Shown in pieces: positions 17,510 through 26,573 of a stretch of DNA of 47,734 nt (its first letter is position 1; every line of letters begins with the position of its first letter). Made by a program: the position numbers and the translations under genes. Under the pieces are notes generated by a model. That model worked only from the letters and a program-made list of their open reading frames with translations, was not told where the DNA came from and searched no databases. The stretch is from a virus (Duplodnaviria > Caudoviricetes). The stretch spans positions 1 to 47,734 of IMG/VR virus record IMGVR_UViG_3300014208_001203; one strand, given 5' to 3'.

Positions 17510-17757
17510 AATGGAATATATATTATGTGATTTAAATAATCTATGACATCATCAGCAGATTCGGTAATTAAATATTCCCAATTAAATTCAATTTCAAATC
17601 CTTGCTTACTAAATTTACCAATAAAATAATACCCATCAGTTTTACTCTTTTCCATAAAATAGCCTTTAAATTTCAACTCACTCTTCAAACTCATTAATTT
17701 CATTAAAGTTCTGTTTGAATCGAACCTGTAGTGATTGCTAATTATAAGATTACTCAT
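17506..17757 (-). CDS. Hypothetical protein
   Basis: 83 aa; 4-nt overlap with and local similarity to 17219..17509. Confidence 0.65.
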   Translation of the reverse strand: MSNLIISNHYRFDSNRTLMKLMSLKSELKFKGYFMEKSKTDGYYFIGKFSKQGFEIEFNWEYLITESADDVIDYLNHIIYIPL

Positions 17758-17812
17758 TTTTATTTTGTTTTAATACAAAAATACATTATATTTATGAAAA
17801 AACAAAAATTAT

Positions 17813-17959
17813 ATGGCAAAAAAGGAAACAAAAAGGCTGGATATTGTTTTAACCCCAGAGATAACAAAAAAATTAAATGAAGGAAACTACAACAAAACAA
17901 AACTGATTATAAGTCTTTTAGAAAAATATTTGTTAAAAAATGTTAAAAAAGACACGTAA
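17813..17959 (+). CDS. Small ribbon-helix-helix-like protein
   Basis: Hand translation MAKKETKRLDIVLTPEI...NYNKTKLIISLLEKYL; paralog of 34495..34632. Confidence 0.65.
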   Translation: MAKKETKRLDIVLTPEITKKLNEGNYNKTKLIISLLEKYLLKNVKKDT

Positions 17960-18014
17960 CTTCCGTGTTTTTATTTTTTCTTCCTATTTATAATAAACAA
18001 ATAAAAACTTATAT

Positions 18015-18188
18015 ATGGGACGAAAAAAATTATCATCAGAAGAAAAAAGACAAGATTTAACCATTTATCTTCCAAAAGAGCTTTTTTATAAACTCGAAGA
18101 GTTAGAAGTTAAAAATAAATCTAAGTTCTTTAATTGGTTATTAGAGGAATATTTCACAAGTATTGAGAAAGGAGGATGTAATGTCTAA
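18015..18188 (+). CDS. Small ribbon-helix-helix-like protein (MGRK type)
   Basis: MGRKKLSSEEKRQDLTIYLP...NKSKFFNWLLEEYF; paralog of 34686..34847. Confidence 0.65.
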   Translation: MGRKKLSSEEKRQDLTIYLPKELFYKLEELEVKNKSKFFNWLLEEYFTSIEKGGCNV

Positions 18189-19353
18189 AAAATTAACGCA
18201 AGAAGAATTCATTTGCAAAGCAAAAAAAATTCATGGAAACAAATATGATTATTCTTTAGTTGATTATAAAGATATAAAGAAAAAAGTGGAAATAATTTGC
18301 ACAACACATGAAAAGTTTTCCCAATCTGCTGAGTTACATCTAAGCGGAAGTGGATGCCCAAAGTGTGCTGGAAAAAATAAAACAACGGAAAAATTTATAA
18401 AAGAATCAAAAATTATACATGAAAACAAATATGATTATTCTTTGGTTGAATATGTTGGTTCAGAATCTAAGGTAAAGATAATTTGTCCAATTCATGGAAT
18501 TTTTGAACAAACCCCACGTGGTCATTTATATAAATATGGTTGCTCAAAATGTGCAAAGAATGTAAAAATGACAATTGCTGATTTTATAAAAAAAGCAAAT
18601 AAGGTACATTCCAATAAATATGATTATTCATTCGCAATTTATAAAAACAGCAAAACTAATCTTAATATATCTTGCCCTATTCATGGTATATTTAAACAAA
18701 CCCCATATAGACATTTGTCTGGGAGCAAGTGTCCAAGATGTGTTGGTGGAGCAAGAAAAACAACAGAGGAATTTGTTGAAGATGCTAAAAAAATACACGG
18801 GAATAGATATGACTATTCTTTAGTTGATTATAAAAATAATAAAACAAAAATTAATATTATTTGCCATATTCACGGGGAGTTTTTTCAAACCCCATCTGAC
18901 CATTTAAGTGGCAATGAATGCCCAATTTGTTCACTATCAAAGGGAGAGAAAAAAATAAATGATATTTTTAAAAAAAACAATATTATTTTTATACCACAAA
19001 AAAAATTTAATAATTGTATCTTAAAAAGAGAATTGCCATTTGATTGTTATCTTTCAGAAATTAAATGTTGCATTGAATTTCATGGAGAGCAACATTTTAG
19101 GCCGATTGAGTTTTTTGAAAGAAAATGTAGTTTTTCTAATCAACAAAAGAAAGATAAAATAAAAGAAAGGTACTGCAAACTTAATAAAATTCCTTTAATC
19201 ATAGCGTTCAAAAAAGATTCATCAAAAGATAAATTTTTTTTTGTAGACTTATATGATAATTTCAATAAAGATATTATAAAAATATTTTTAAAAGAAGGAT
19301 TTGCACAATGTTCAATAAAAGAATATGAATTGTTTAAAAACAATTCTCACTAA
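18181..19353 (+). CDS. Putative homing endonuclease with four Zn-ribbon (DUF723-like) repeats and a PD-(D/E)XK-like domain
   Basis: Four KYDYSLV.Y...C..HG.F.Q.P..HL.G..CP.C repeats; SKGE, FDCY, IEFHGEQH. Confidence 0.8.
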   Translation: MSKKLTQEEFICKAKKIHGNKYDYSLVDYKDIKKKVEIICTTHEKFSQSAELHLSGSGCPKCAGKNKTTEKFIKESKIIHENKYDYSLVEYVGSESKVKIICPIHGIFEQTPRGHLYKYGCSKCAKNVKMTIADFIKKANKVHSNKYDYSFAIYKNSKTNLNISCPIHGIFKQTPYRHLSGSKCPRCVGGARKTTEEFVEDAKKIHGNRYDYSLVDYKNNKTKINIICHIHGEFFQTPSDHLSGNECPICSLSKGEKKINDIFKKNNIIFIPQKKFNNCILKRELPFDCYLSEIKCCIEFHGEQHFRPIEFFERKCSFSNQQKKDKIKERYCKLNKIPLIIAFKKDSSKDKFFFVDLYDNFNKDIIKIFLKEGFAQCSIKEYELFKNNSH

Positions 19354-21802
19354 TAGTTTTTAATTTTATTAATTCTATTAAACTTGTTTGCCTTTGATTA
19401 TCTTTAATGTTATTTGTTGCTATTTTCAAAGCCTTTCTTTCTCCAACAAAAGTAACTAAATTTTTTCCTCTTGTTATTAATGTGTAAAGCATACTTCTAT
19501 ATAAAAGAGGATAGTGCGCCATAGACAACACTGCTATTACGATGTCACACTCACTTCCTTGATATTTATGACAACTAACAGCATATGCTAATTTTAATTG
19601 TAATAAATCACTTCTTTTATATTCAACAACTTTATTTTCATATTCAAATTCTATTAAAGCAGATTTTTCTTCTAAATTTATTTTCTTTATTATACCTATT
19701 TCTCCATTAACTGTTCCAATGTCATAATTGTTAATACACTGTATAACAACATCATCCTCTCTAAAATTTCTAAATTTTAAGTCTAATTCGTTTTTTTCTT
19801 TAGAAGAAGGATTTACTATTTCTCTTATTGTTAAATTGATATTGTCACAACCGCAATACCCCTTATTCATTGGAGATATTATTTGTATTTTTTTTCCTGG
19901 ATAATATTTTGGAATTATTTCTAAATACAATCTTTTTATCATTTCTAAAAAATCACATCCATATCTTAAAGAATTCCACTCTGGATATTCACTAAAAGAT
20001 TTTTTTTCCTCAAAATCTCCAGATTCTATAAATAAACAATCTACCTTGTCTTCTGTCCATAACTTTGGATTTTCTAATGGAGAATCAATTATTGGCTCTT
20101 CTCCTTTGAGAATTTTATTTGCCGAACTAATAATTTCAGAAATTTTTCCATTTGATTGTCTAAAGGTTTTTGTTAGTCTAAAAACATTAACACATTTTCC
20201 TATAATTAAATCTTTAAAAGGATTTCCTGATCCAATTGGGCTAAGTTGTTGATAATCTCCGCTAAATAAAACACAACAATCTTGTGGTAATGCCTTAAGT
20301 AAAGAATTCATCAATTCAATATTTATCATACTTGATTCGTCTACAATTAAAAAACCAACACACAATTGGTTTTTTTCATTATGCAAAAAACATTTGTTAA
20401 AATGGTCATATCCTAAAAGTCTATGAATTGTAGTAGCATTGTATCCAGTAGATTCTATTACCCTCATCGCTGATTTTCCTGTTGGGCAACATGCTGCAAA
20501 ATCTATTTTAAATTTTGTTAACAAATCAAAAATGCTTTTTAAAACAGTTGTTTTTCCTGTTCCAGCAGAACCAGTTAATATAGAAACTCCACCGTTTTTT
20601 AATATTCCCAATACTGATTTTTTTTGTTCATCACTTAAATTAACAATTTCACCACTCAAATATTCTTCTATAATGTGATCTTCTAAATTCAACATAGCAT
20701 CTTTTAATATATCAATTTTATTTACCACACTTCTTTCAGCATAAAATATTTCATTAGAATAATATCTTTCTTCATTGTTTATTTTTGATAATTTAATTTC
20801 ATTATTATCAATTAATTTAAATAAAACTTCATCGATCTTATCTTCTATTGCAACTCCTAAAATTTTTATTCCTCTTTCTAATATTTGGTTGTGATATAAA
20901 AAACAATGTCCTTCTCCGTTTTCGCTTTCATTTAAAACATATTTAATTCCAGCCGATATTCTTTCTTTACAATCTTTTGAAAACCCTATATCTAATGCAA
21001 CTTTATCTGCATATTTAAATCCTATTCCATCGATCTGAGTAAGAGAATAAGGGTTAATTCTTATTTTAGAAACACAATCTCTTCCAAAAAACTCGTATAT
21101 TCTACTGGAAAATAGCGTGCTTATATCGTAAGATGTTAAAAACAACATTATTTCATTTATTTCAGTATTCTCAGCCCACGATTTTTTTATAACTTCTAAT
21201 TTTTTCTTTGATATTCCAGGAACTTCAATTAGTTTTTCAATATCTGTTTTTAAGACATCATAAGCATTACCTTTAAAGTGCTTTACAATTTTTGAAGCCA
21301 ACACAGGCCCAACACCCTTAAAAAATGAACTGGACAAATATTTAATCATAGCTTCATTATTCGAGGGTGGGATTTCAATAATATTTTCTGCCTTGAACTG
21401 AGTTCCAAATTTTGAATTGCTTATCCATTTCCCGACAAACTCATAACTTATACCCTCCACTATTTTTAAGTGATTAGCTGTAATTGTACAAATTTTTTCA
21501 TTATCTTTTCTTAAAACACTTAAAACATAGTAAGCACTATCACTATTAGAATATATAATCCTTTCAACTGTTCCCGTAATCTTTTCTTCCATCTTTGTCT
21601 TTATCTCTGTTTTCTTGTTTTTAAATCTTTCATAAGCACCTGAGTAGTTTGGATTACAATCTCTACAAGTCCAATTGTCCCAAAACTCTTTGTATTCTTC
21701 ATATTCAGAATTTTCCACATCCCAACACAAGGCAATACCACAATCATTACACATTGGAGTAATGCTTCCAGGAATTGTACTATTTGTAATTACAACTCCC
21801 AT
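19334..21802 (-). CDS. recD2: RecD2-like SF1B helicase with N-terminal Cys4 extension
   Basis: GSAGTGKTT, TIHRLL, VDESSM, GDYQQL, LAYAVSCHKYQGSE, HhH region. Confidence 0.92.
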   Translation of the reverse strand: MGVVITNSTIPGSITPMCNDCGIALCWDVENSEYEEYKEFWDNWTCRDCNPNYSGAYERFKNKKTEIKTKMEEKITGTVERIIYSNSDSAYYVLSVLRKDNEKICTITANHLKIVEGISYEFVGKWISNSKFGTQFKAENIIEIPPSNNEAMIKYLSSSFFKGVGPVLASKIVKHFKGNAYDVLKTDIEKLIEVPGISKKKLEVIKKSWAENTEINEIMLFLTSYDISTLFSSRIYEFFGRDCVSKIRINPYSLTQIDGIGFKYADKVALDIGFSKDCKERISAGIKYVLNESENGEGHCFLYHNQILERGIKILGVAIEDKIDEVLFKLIDNNEIKLSKINNEERYYSNEIFYAERSVVNKIDILKDAMLNLEDHIIEEYLSGEIVNLSDEQKKSVLGILKNGGVSILTGSAGTGKTTVLKSIFDLLTKFKIDFAACCPTGKSAMRVIESTGYNATTIHRLLGYDHFNKCFLHNEKNQLCVGFLIVDESSMINIELMNSLLKALPQDCCVLFSGDYQQLSPIGSGNPFKDLIIGKCVNVFRLTKTFRQSNGKISEIISSANKILKGEEPIIDSPLENPKLWTEDKVDCLFIESGDFEEKKSFSEYPEWNSLRYGCDFLEMIKRLYLEIIPKYYPGKKIQIISPMNKGYCGCDNINLTIREIVNPSSKEKNELDLKFRNFREDDVVIQCINNYDIGTVNGEIGIIKKINLEEKSALIEFEYENKVVEYKRSDLLQLKLAYAVSCHKYQGSECDIVIAVLSMAHYPLLYRSMLYTLITRGKNLVTFVGERKALKIATNNIKDNQRQTSLIELIKLKTISENCF

Positions 21803-21804
21803 TT

Positions 21805-22158
21805 TTATCCACTATATGCAGTAAAGCTATTGTTACAAGCATTACATCTCAATAACAATGCGTATTGTCCATAATAAGCTGAAAAATTTTTTGACTCTCC
21901 ACATTTACAAACAATATCAGACCCTTGTTTTGCAAACTGTACGTTAAATTTTTTAGAAATTTTATTTTTTAGCTCTTCGCCACCATCAAACCACAACAAA
22001 GAATAACTGGTAAAACTTTTAATTCTATTTTTATTCTCATAATCATAATTAGCCAAATAAAGAAGCCCATCTTGCTCATAGAATTTGTAGTCTTTTTTCT
22101 TATAGTATTCACCAGCTTGTGAAACTAAATAATCGGTAATGTATTTTCTATATTTCAT
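21805..22158 (-). CDS. Hypothetical protein with Zn ribbon
   Basis: CKCG...CNAC. Confidence 0.65.
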   Translation of the reverse strand: MKYRKYITDYLVSQAGEYYKKKDYKFYEQDGLLYLANYDYENKNRIKSFTSYSLLWFDGGEELKNKISKKFNVQFAKQGSDIVCKCGESKNFSAYYGQYALLLRCNACNNSFTAYSG

Positions 22159-22684
22159 ATTTTATTTTTTCTTTTGATTTTAAAAATGCTTCTCCTTCAC
22201 ACCCAATTCTACCACAATATTCACATGGGTGAGATTTGTGAGCCCAACAAGCAATGTGTTTACATGGAACTCCACTTTCATAATGCTTGTAATTAGCAAC
22301 ACTTAATCCCATCCATTTTGTTTTTTTTATCCATTGAAATGCTTCATTTAAATTTTTGAAATTAGCAAAAGAACCTTTAGTTTGCATACCCCATTGATAC
22401 TCGTTGTCCTTTTCGTTTATAAGAATATATGGTTTATTTAAAGCGTAAGCCACTCCCATTTCCCATGTACTACCATATCCACTGAGATTCTTAAAAGAAA
22501 TATATGCAATTACTGCGTCGCACTCTTTAAGCATTTCAACTTCCATCTCGAACCAATTTTGAAAATTTTTACCAGTTAAAGGATCTTGAGCGTTTCGAGG
22601 GTCTAACCAAATGCAATTATCTATAATATTTGCAACTTTATCTCTCCAGTTACAAAAACCCCCAGCTAAGTAAATTTTTTTCAT
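22148..22684 (-). CDS. Nucleoside 2-deoxyribosyltransferase-family protein
   Basis: KIYLAG, ECDAVIA, GSTWEMGVAYALNKP. Confidence 0.8.
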   Translation of the reverse strand: MKKIYLAGGFCNWRDKVANIIDNCIWLDPRNAQDPLTGKNFQNWFEMEVEMLKECDAVIAYISFKNLSGYGSTWEMGVAYALNKPYILINEKDNEYQWGMQTKGSFANFKNLNEAFQWIKKTKWMGLSVANYKHYESGVPCKHIACWAHKSHPCEYCGRIGCEGEAFLKSKEKIKYEI

Positions 22685-22889
22685 AATATTTTATTTTTCA
22701 CTTTTAAACATAATTAAGTAATCAGGAGTGTCTAAACCAAAAGCACTATATAGATCAACATACCATTTTCCTATTTTGTAATCGGCATAATTAACTATTT
22801 TAAATTGATGATAAAGATTTTGATTCTTCCATAAAAATAACAAATTTCCCCACAATGTTTTACTGCAGGGAAATTTTTTTTTGAATTAA

Positions 22890-23021
22890 TTAAGACAATT
22901 CTTCTACAATAATAGCAAGTTGTCCACAAGCTGCACCATTTTCAACTTCCGCTGATGTTGCAATCGCAACGGCAAATTCATAACCGTTTTCTTCGAGCTG
23001 ATTTTTGATCTCTTTATTCAT
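22890..23021 (-). CDS. 43-aa protein matching the C-terminal AACGQL segment of RlmN/Cfr
   Basis: Hand translation MNKEIKNQLEENGYEFAVAIATSAEVENGAACGQLAIIVEELS*; starts 5 nt after the upstream stop. Confidence 0.8.
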   Translation of the reverse strand: MNKEIKNQLEENGYEFAVAIATSAEVENGAACGQLAIIVEELS

Positions 23022-23026
23022 ATATA

Positions 23027-23917
23027 TTAAATTAAGGTTTTACCATCAAATCCGAACTTTAAATTTTCGCCATCAAAAACAAGAGAATTAAGAACTTCTG
23101 TCCTCAACATAAAACATCTATTGTAAACTTTTACAACTTCATTGTTTATGTTTTTTGGAATATACAAATAATTTTTACATTTACAAGAATCTAAAAAATT
23201 CCAGCTCCTTGAATTATACATTCTTTTGTTTTTAAAATTTAGTTCAGAAAAATCTATAAACTTATCTTTGCAAAAGTCGTTAATTTTCATCAAAGAAACA
23301 AATCCTACGTCATAAATTTTTACATTATTTGCAAATTCAAGGTATTTATATACATTTTGAACTGAATCAATATATCCTTTTATAAGATTACAGCTTAAAT
23401 GAAGTTTTTCGCTTTGCTGCCAAAAAACATGTTGAATAGCTTCTATATGTTTTTCTGAAATAGACTTGAATCCCAGTATTTCATTGTTCTTTTTATCGTT
23501 GTAGTGATGCCTACTTAAAGAAATACTATCAAGCAACATGCTTGCTCCATCTTTAAAAACATCCAACAATTTATATCCATTAGTGTTCATTACAAAAAAC
23601 GAATCTGGACACTTTTTTCTTACAATCTTCATTATTTTATATAACTTATCCAAATTCATTGTTGGCTCTCCACCAGTGATTGAAATTTTATTAACTGGAG
23701 ATTGTTTTTTTAATTCCTCTAAAACAAGTTTAAATTTTTCGAAATTAAAATCATTAGCCACATCTTGAAAACTGCAGAACTTACATTTTGCATTACATCC
23801 TTTTAATTGAATGTACAAATTCACATAAGGTTCTTTGATTTGTACTGGTTCAGCACCATTTAAAGAACAGCTGTGAGATTTTAATTTTACAATATGACCA
23901 AACAAATTTGTTTCCAT
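23027..23917 (-). CDS. Radical SAM protein
   Basis: CNAKCKFC, ITGGEP, NTNG. Confidence 0.9.
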   Translation of the reverse strand: METNLFGHIVKLKSHSCSLNGAEPVQIKEPYVNLYIQLKGCNAKCKFCSFQDVANDFNFEKFKLVLEELKKQSPVNKISITGGEPTMNLDKLYKIMKIVRKKCPDSFFVMNTNGYKLLDVFKDGASMLLDSISLSRHHYNDKKNNEILGFKSISEKHIEAIQHVFWQQSEKLHLSCNLIKGYIDSVQNVYKYLEFANNVKIYDVGFVSLMKINDFCKDKFIDFSELNFKNKRMYNSRSWNFLDSCKCKNYLYIPKNINNEVVKVYNRCFMLRTEVLNSLVFDGENLKFGFDGKTLI

Positions 23918-23920
23918 AAA

Positions 23921-24232
23921 TTAACAACTGCTTCTTGGGTATCCTCCACGTCCGCATCCATCATCTACAAACGTTGGGGCTATGTTGGCTTCTTTTTTTA
24001 ACTTTTCAATTTCTTTCATCAGTTTTCTCACCTCTTCTTCTTTTTTTAACAATTCCTGTTGCAAATCGTAAGTTTTATTAAAAGACTCCAAAGATTGTTT
24101 TGCTATTTGCCCAGTTTTAACAAGAGATTTTTCTGCAATAGCAATGAAAGATTCAAAACTGCTGCCTGAGTTTTTCTTTAGCCAGAATGCATAGTATTCT
24201 TCTAAAAAAATTAATTCATCATTTTTTTTCAT
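23921..24232 (-). CDS. Coiled-coil protein with Gly/Cys-rich C-terminal tail
   Basis: Ends DDGCGRGGYPRSSC. Confidence 0.7.
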   Translation of the reverse strand: MKKNDELIFLEEYYAFWLKKNSGSSFESFIAIAEKSLVKTGQIAKQSLESFNKTYDLQQELLKKEEEVRKLMKEIEKLKKEANIAPTFVDDGCGRGGYPRSSC

Positions 24233-24238
24233 AAAATA

Positions 24239-25024
24239 TTATATTAAATTTATACCTTCAATCACACCACTTCCCAAATGATTCTTATCAGAAGTAACAT
24301 TTGGATTTATGGGACTTAACTTAATAAAAAACTTGTCTTTATCAAAGTAAGATTTTATTTTTTCAATATCAAAATCACCTTCGTTAACCAAAGTCAAATT
24401 CAAAGTAGTCTTAAGATTACTCATGGTTCTTATTTTTCCCAATTCAGAAACAGAAACCTTTTTATTAAAAGGAATAAGCCAATTTCTGTGAGTTTCATCC
24501 AAACTATGAAGACTTATTTGTAATGTTACATTATTTTTTATCCACGAATAATCGGCACCTTCAATTCCAATTGTTGAAACATAATGATGTGTATTGGGAT
24601 ATTTGGCAGAAATAACAGTTATAGCCTCTTTAACGGCCTCAATGTTTAAAAAGGGCTCTCCACAACGAGTATAATTAATTTTGAATTCCTGGCTATCTAA
24701 TGGGTTAAATTGGGGGTTTTTTTCTATAACGAACATTACCTGATCAACAATTTCTTTTGAAGTTAAGTTTCTCCATTTTTTCATTTGACCCGTAGCACAG
24801 AATTTACAACGGACGGGACATCCTGACATAACTGAAACTCCAACTAAATATCTTTCCAATCTACTTCCAACATTTTTATTATTCAAAAAATTCTGATGTT
24901 TTCCTATTGCATCTTTTGTGTAAAAAGGAAGAAAAGTGTCAGTTGTTTCAATTAACATCCCATCTTCAAGCTCAAGACAATAAACACTGCCGTTGGCAAA
25001 ATTTTTAAATTTTCTTGTTTTCAT
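24239..25024 (-). CDS. RlmN/Cfr-like radical SAM protein lacking its C-terminal segment
   Basis: LEDG..IET, SVMSGCPVRCKFCATG, RNLT..EIVDQV, GEPFLN, VSTIG, LQISLHS, KLSPINP. Confidence 0.85.
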   Translation of the reverse strand: MKTRKFKNFANGSVYCLELEDGMLIETTDTFLPFYTKDAIGKHQNFLNNKNVGSRLERYLVGVSVMSGCPVRCKFCATGQMKKWRNLTSKEIVDQVMFVIEKNPQFNPLDSQEFKINYTRCGEPFLNIEAVKEAITVISAKYPNTHHYVSTIGIEGADYSWIKNNVTLQISLHSLDETHRNWLIPFNKKVSVSELGKIRTMSNLKTTLNLTLVNEGDFDIEKIKSYFDKDKFFIKLSPINPNVTSDKNHLGSGVIEGINLI

Positions 25025-25028
25025 AAAA

Positions 25029-25469
25029 TTATATTAATTTTAATCCTTCTTTTAAACCAGCCTCCAAAGCCTCTTCATAACTATTACCGAAAACAAATGG
25101 TTTTCTACCAATAATGTGATATTCCCATTTATTTACTTCTCCTTCGTTAAAATATACCAACAATATTAAACCATGTTTTTCTCTTAACCATTTTTGTAAA
25201 ATTGATTGAGTCGGTGCTAGATACCATTTGTATTTATTTTCTTCAGAAAGTGTCCCAGCATAATCTGATTCCAGTCCAAAAAAGTGATTACTATTTGTTC
25301 CACATTTTCGAAATTCTACTTTTTCTGTGTTATCTAAATAATAATCAAAGAAAATTGTTTCGTTGTTCCTTGTGTCATTCATTGCACGTATGGATTCTTT
25401 TGTAATAGAATTAAAACCCTTACTTCGAGATAACTTAGCTGTTTCAAATGATATATAAGTGTCTTCCAT
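25029..25469 (-). CDS. Phage hypothetical protein
   Basis: SFETAKL, APTQSILQKWLREKH, YEEALEAGL; start moved to MEDTY. Confidence 0.75.
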   Translation of the reverse strand: MEDTYISFETAKLSRSKGFNSITKESIRAMNDTRNNETIFFDYYLDNTEKVEFRKCGTNSNHFFGLESDYAGTLSEENKYKWYLAPTQSILQKWLREKHGLILLVYFNEGEVNKWEYHIIGRKPFVFGNSYEEALEAGLKEGLKLI

Positions 25470-25485
25470 AAATATTTTTATACAA

Positions 25486-25512
25486 TATACGAAAAAAAAC
25501 ACAAAAAGTTTC
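25486..25512 (-). promoter_or_regulatory. AAC-N16-CGTA promoter motif
   Basis: GAAAC-N16-CGTATA. Confidence 0.7.
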
Positions 25513-25558
25513 TATTTTTTATTTTTTTTGTTATATTTATATATAAAATGATATACAT

Positions 25559-25714
25559 ATGAAAAAAATTAAAACCTTCTTAATAAGAATAGAGGCAGAA
25601 AAATTAAAAGAATACAATTTCTTATGCAAAAAACACGGATTAAACAAAAGCCAAAGATTTAGAAATTTTATAGAGTCTGAAATAAAAAAATTAAAAAATT
25701 ATGATATTGTCTAA
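25559..25714 (+). CDS. Small ribbon-helix-helix-like protein
   Basis: MKKIKTFLIRIEAEKLKEY...GLNKSQRFRNFIESEI; overlaps the nuclease start. Confidence 0.6.
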   Translation: MKKIKTFLIRIEAEKLKEYNFLCKKHGLNKSQRFRNFIESEIKKLKNYDIV

Positions 25715-26573
25715 AGAAGTTGAAATTAATGTAAATCCTGCAAATTATAAACACTTATTAAATCTTGGATATACTGAATTACACACTAATTGTAAAATAA
25801 CTATTCCAGTTGATCATTTGCAAAAAGGAAGCACAGCAAATATTATAGTTAAATGCGATATTTGTGGAAAAGAAAAACATTTAAGCTATTATAAATATAT
25901 AAAGAATATTTCAAATTTAAACATTTATTGCTGTAGCACTAAATGCTCACAAATCAAAGTAAAAACAACATCTTTGAAAAAGTTTGGGGAGACAAGTTTT
26001 AGAAAAACAGATGAGTATACAAAAAAATATAAAAATTCATGTTTAAAATTATATGGCGTGGAAAATGTTTTTCAAAACGATGATGTAAAGAAAAAAATTA
26101 AGCAAACTAATTTAAAAAAATATGGAGCAGAAAATGTAGCAAAAATTGAATCTAAAAAAGAAAAAATGAGAAAAACTAATTTAAAAAAATATGGAGTAGA
26201 ATATTCTGCGCAAAATGAAGAAATCTTTAATAAAACACAAAAGACAGCATTTAATTTAAAACTTCATGAAAAAACCAATCTTTATTACAGGGGTACTTAT
26301 GAAAAACATTTTTTGGATTTTTATTTTGAAAATAACATTCCAGTTAAAAAAGGAAAAACAATAAAATACTTTTTTGAAGAAAAACAAAAAACTTATTTCT
26401 CTGATTTTTATTTAGAAAAAGAAAATCTAATAATAGAAATTAAATCTTCTTATACGTACAAAAAATATTTAGAAAAAAATTTAGCAAAGAAGAAAGCGTG
26501 TTTAGAACAAAAATATAACTTTATTTTCGTAATAAACAAAAATTATAATGAATTTTTAGAAATTTTAAATTAA
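25701..26573 (+). CDS. Putative homing endonuclease (KYG repeats plus PD-(D/E)XK)
   Basis: CDICG, repeated TNLKKYG(V/A)E, YFSDFY...IIEIKS. Confidence 0.75.
   Translation: MILSKEVEINVNPANYKHLLNLGYTELHTNCKITIPVDHLQKGSTANIIVKCDICGKEKHLSYYKYIKNISNLNIYCCSTKCSQIKVKTTSLKKFGETSFRKTDEYTKKYKNSCLKLYGVENVFQNDDVKKKIKQTNLKKYGAENVAKIESKKEKMRKTNLKKYGVEYSAQNEEIFNKTQKTAFNLKLHEKTNLYYRGTYEKHFLDFYFENNIPVKKGKTIKYFFEEKQKTYFSDFYLEKENLIIEIKSSYTYKKYLEKNLAKKKACLEQKYNFIFVINKNYNEFLEILN

Noticed and set aside
22690-22880. Open minus-strand frame between the AACGQL ORF and the NDT gene
   Set aside because: No convincing start, and it overlaps a terminator-like hairpin (AAATTTCCC...GGGAAATTT)
23921-23960. GGYPRSS as the missing RlmN linker (three-way split)
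   Set aside because: Similarity too short to support; treated as coincidence
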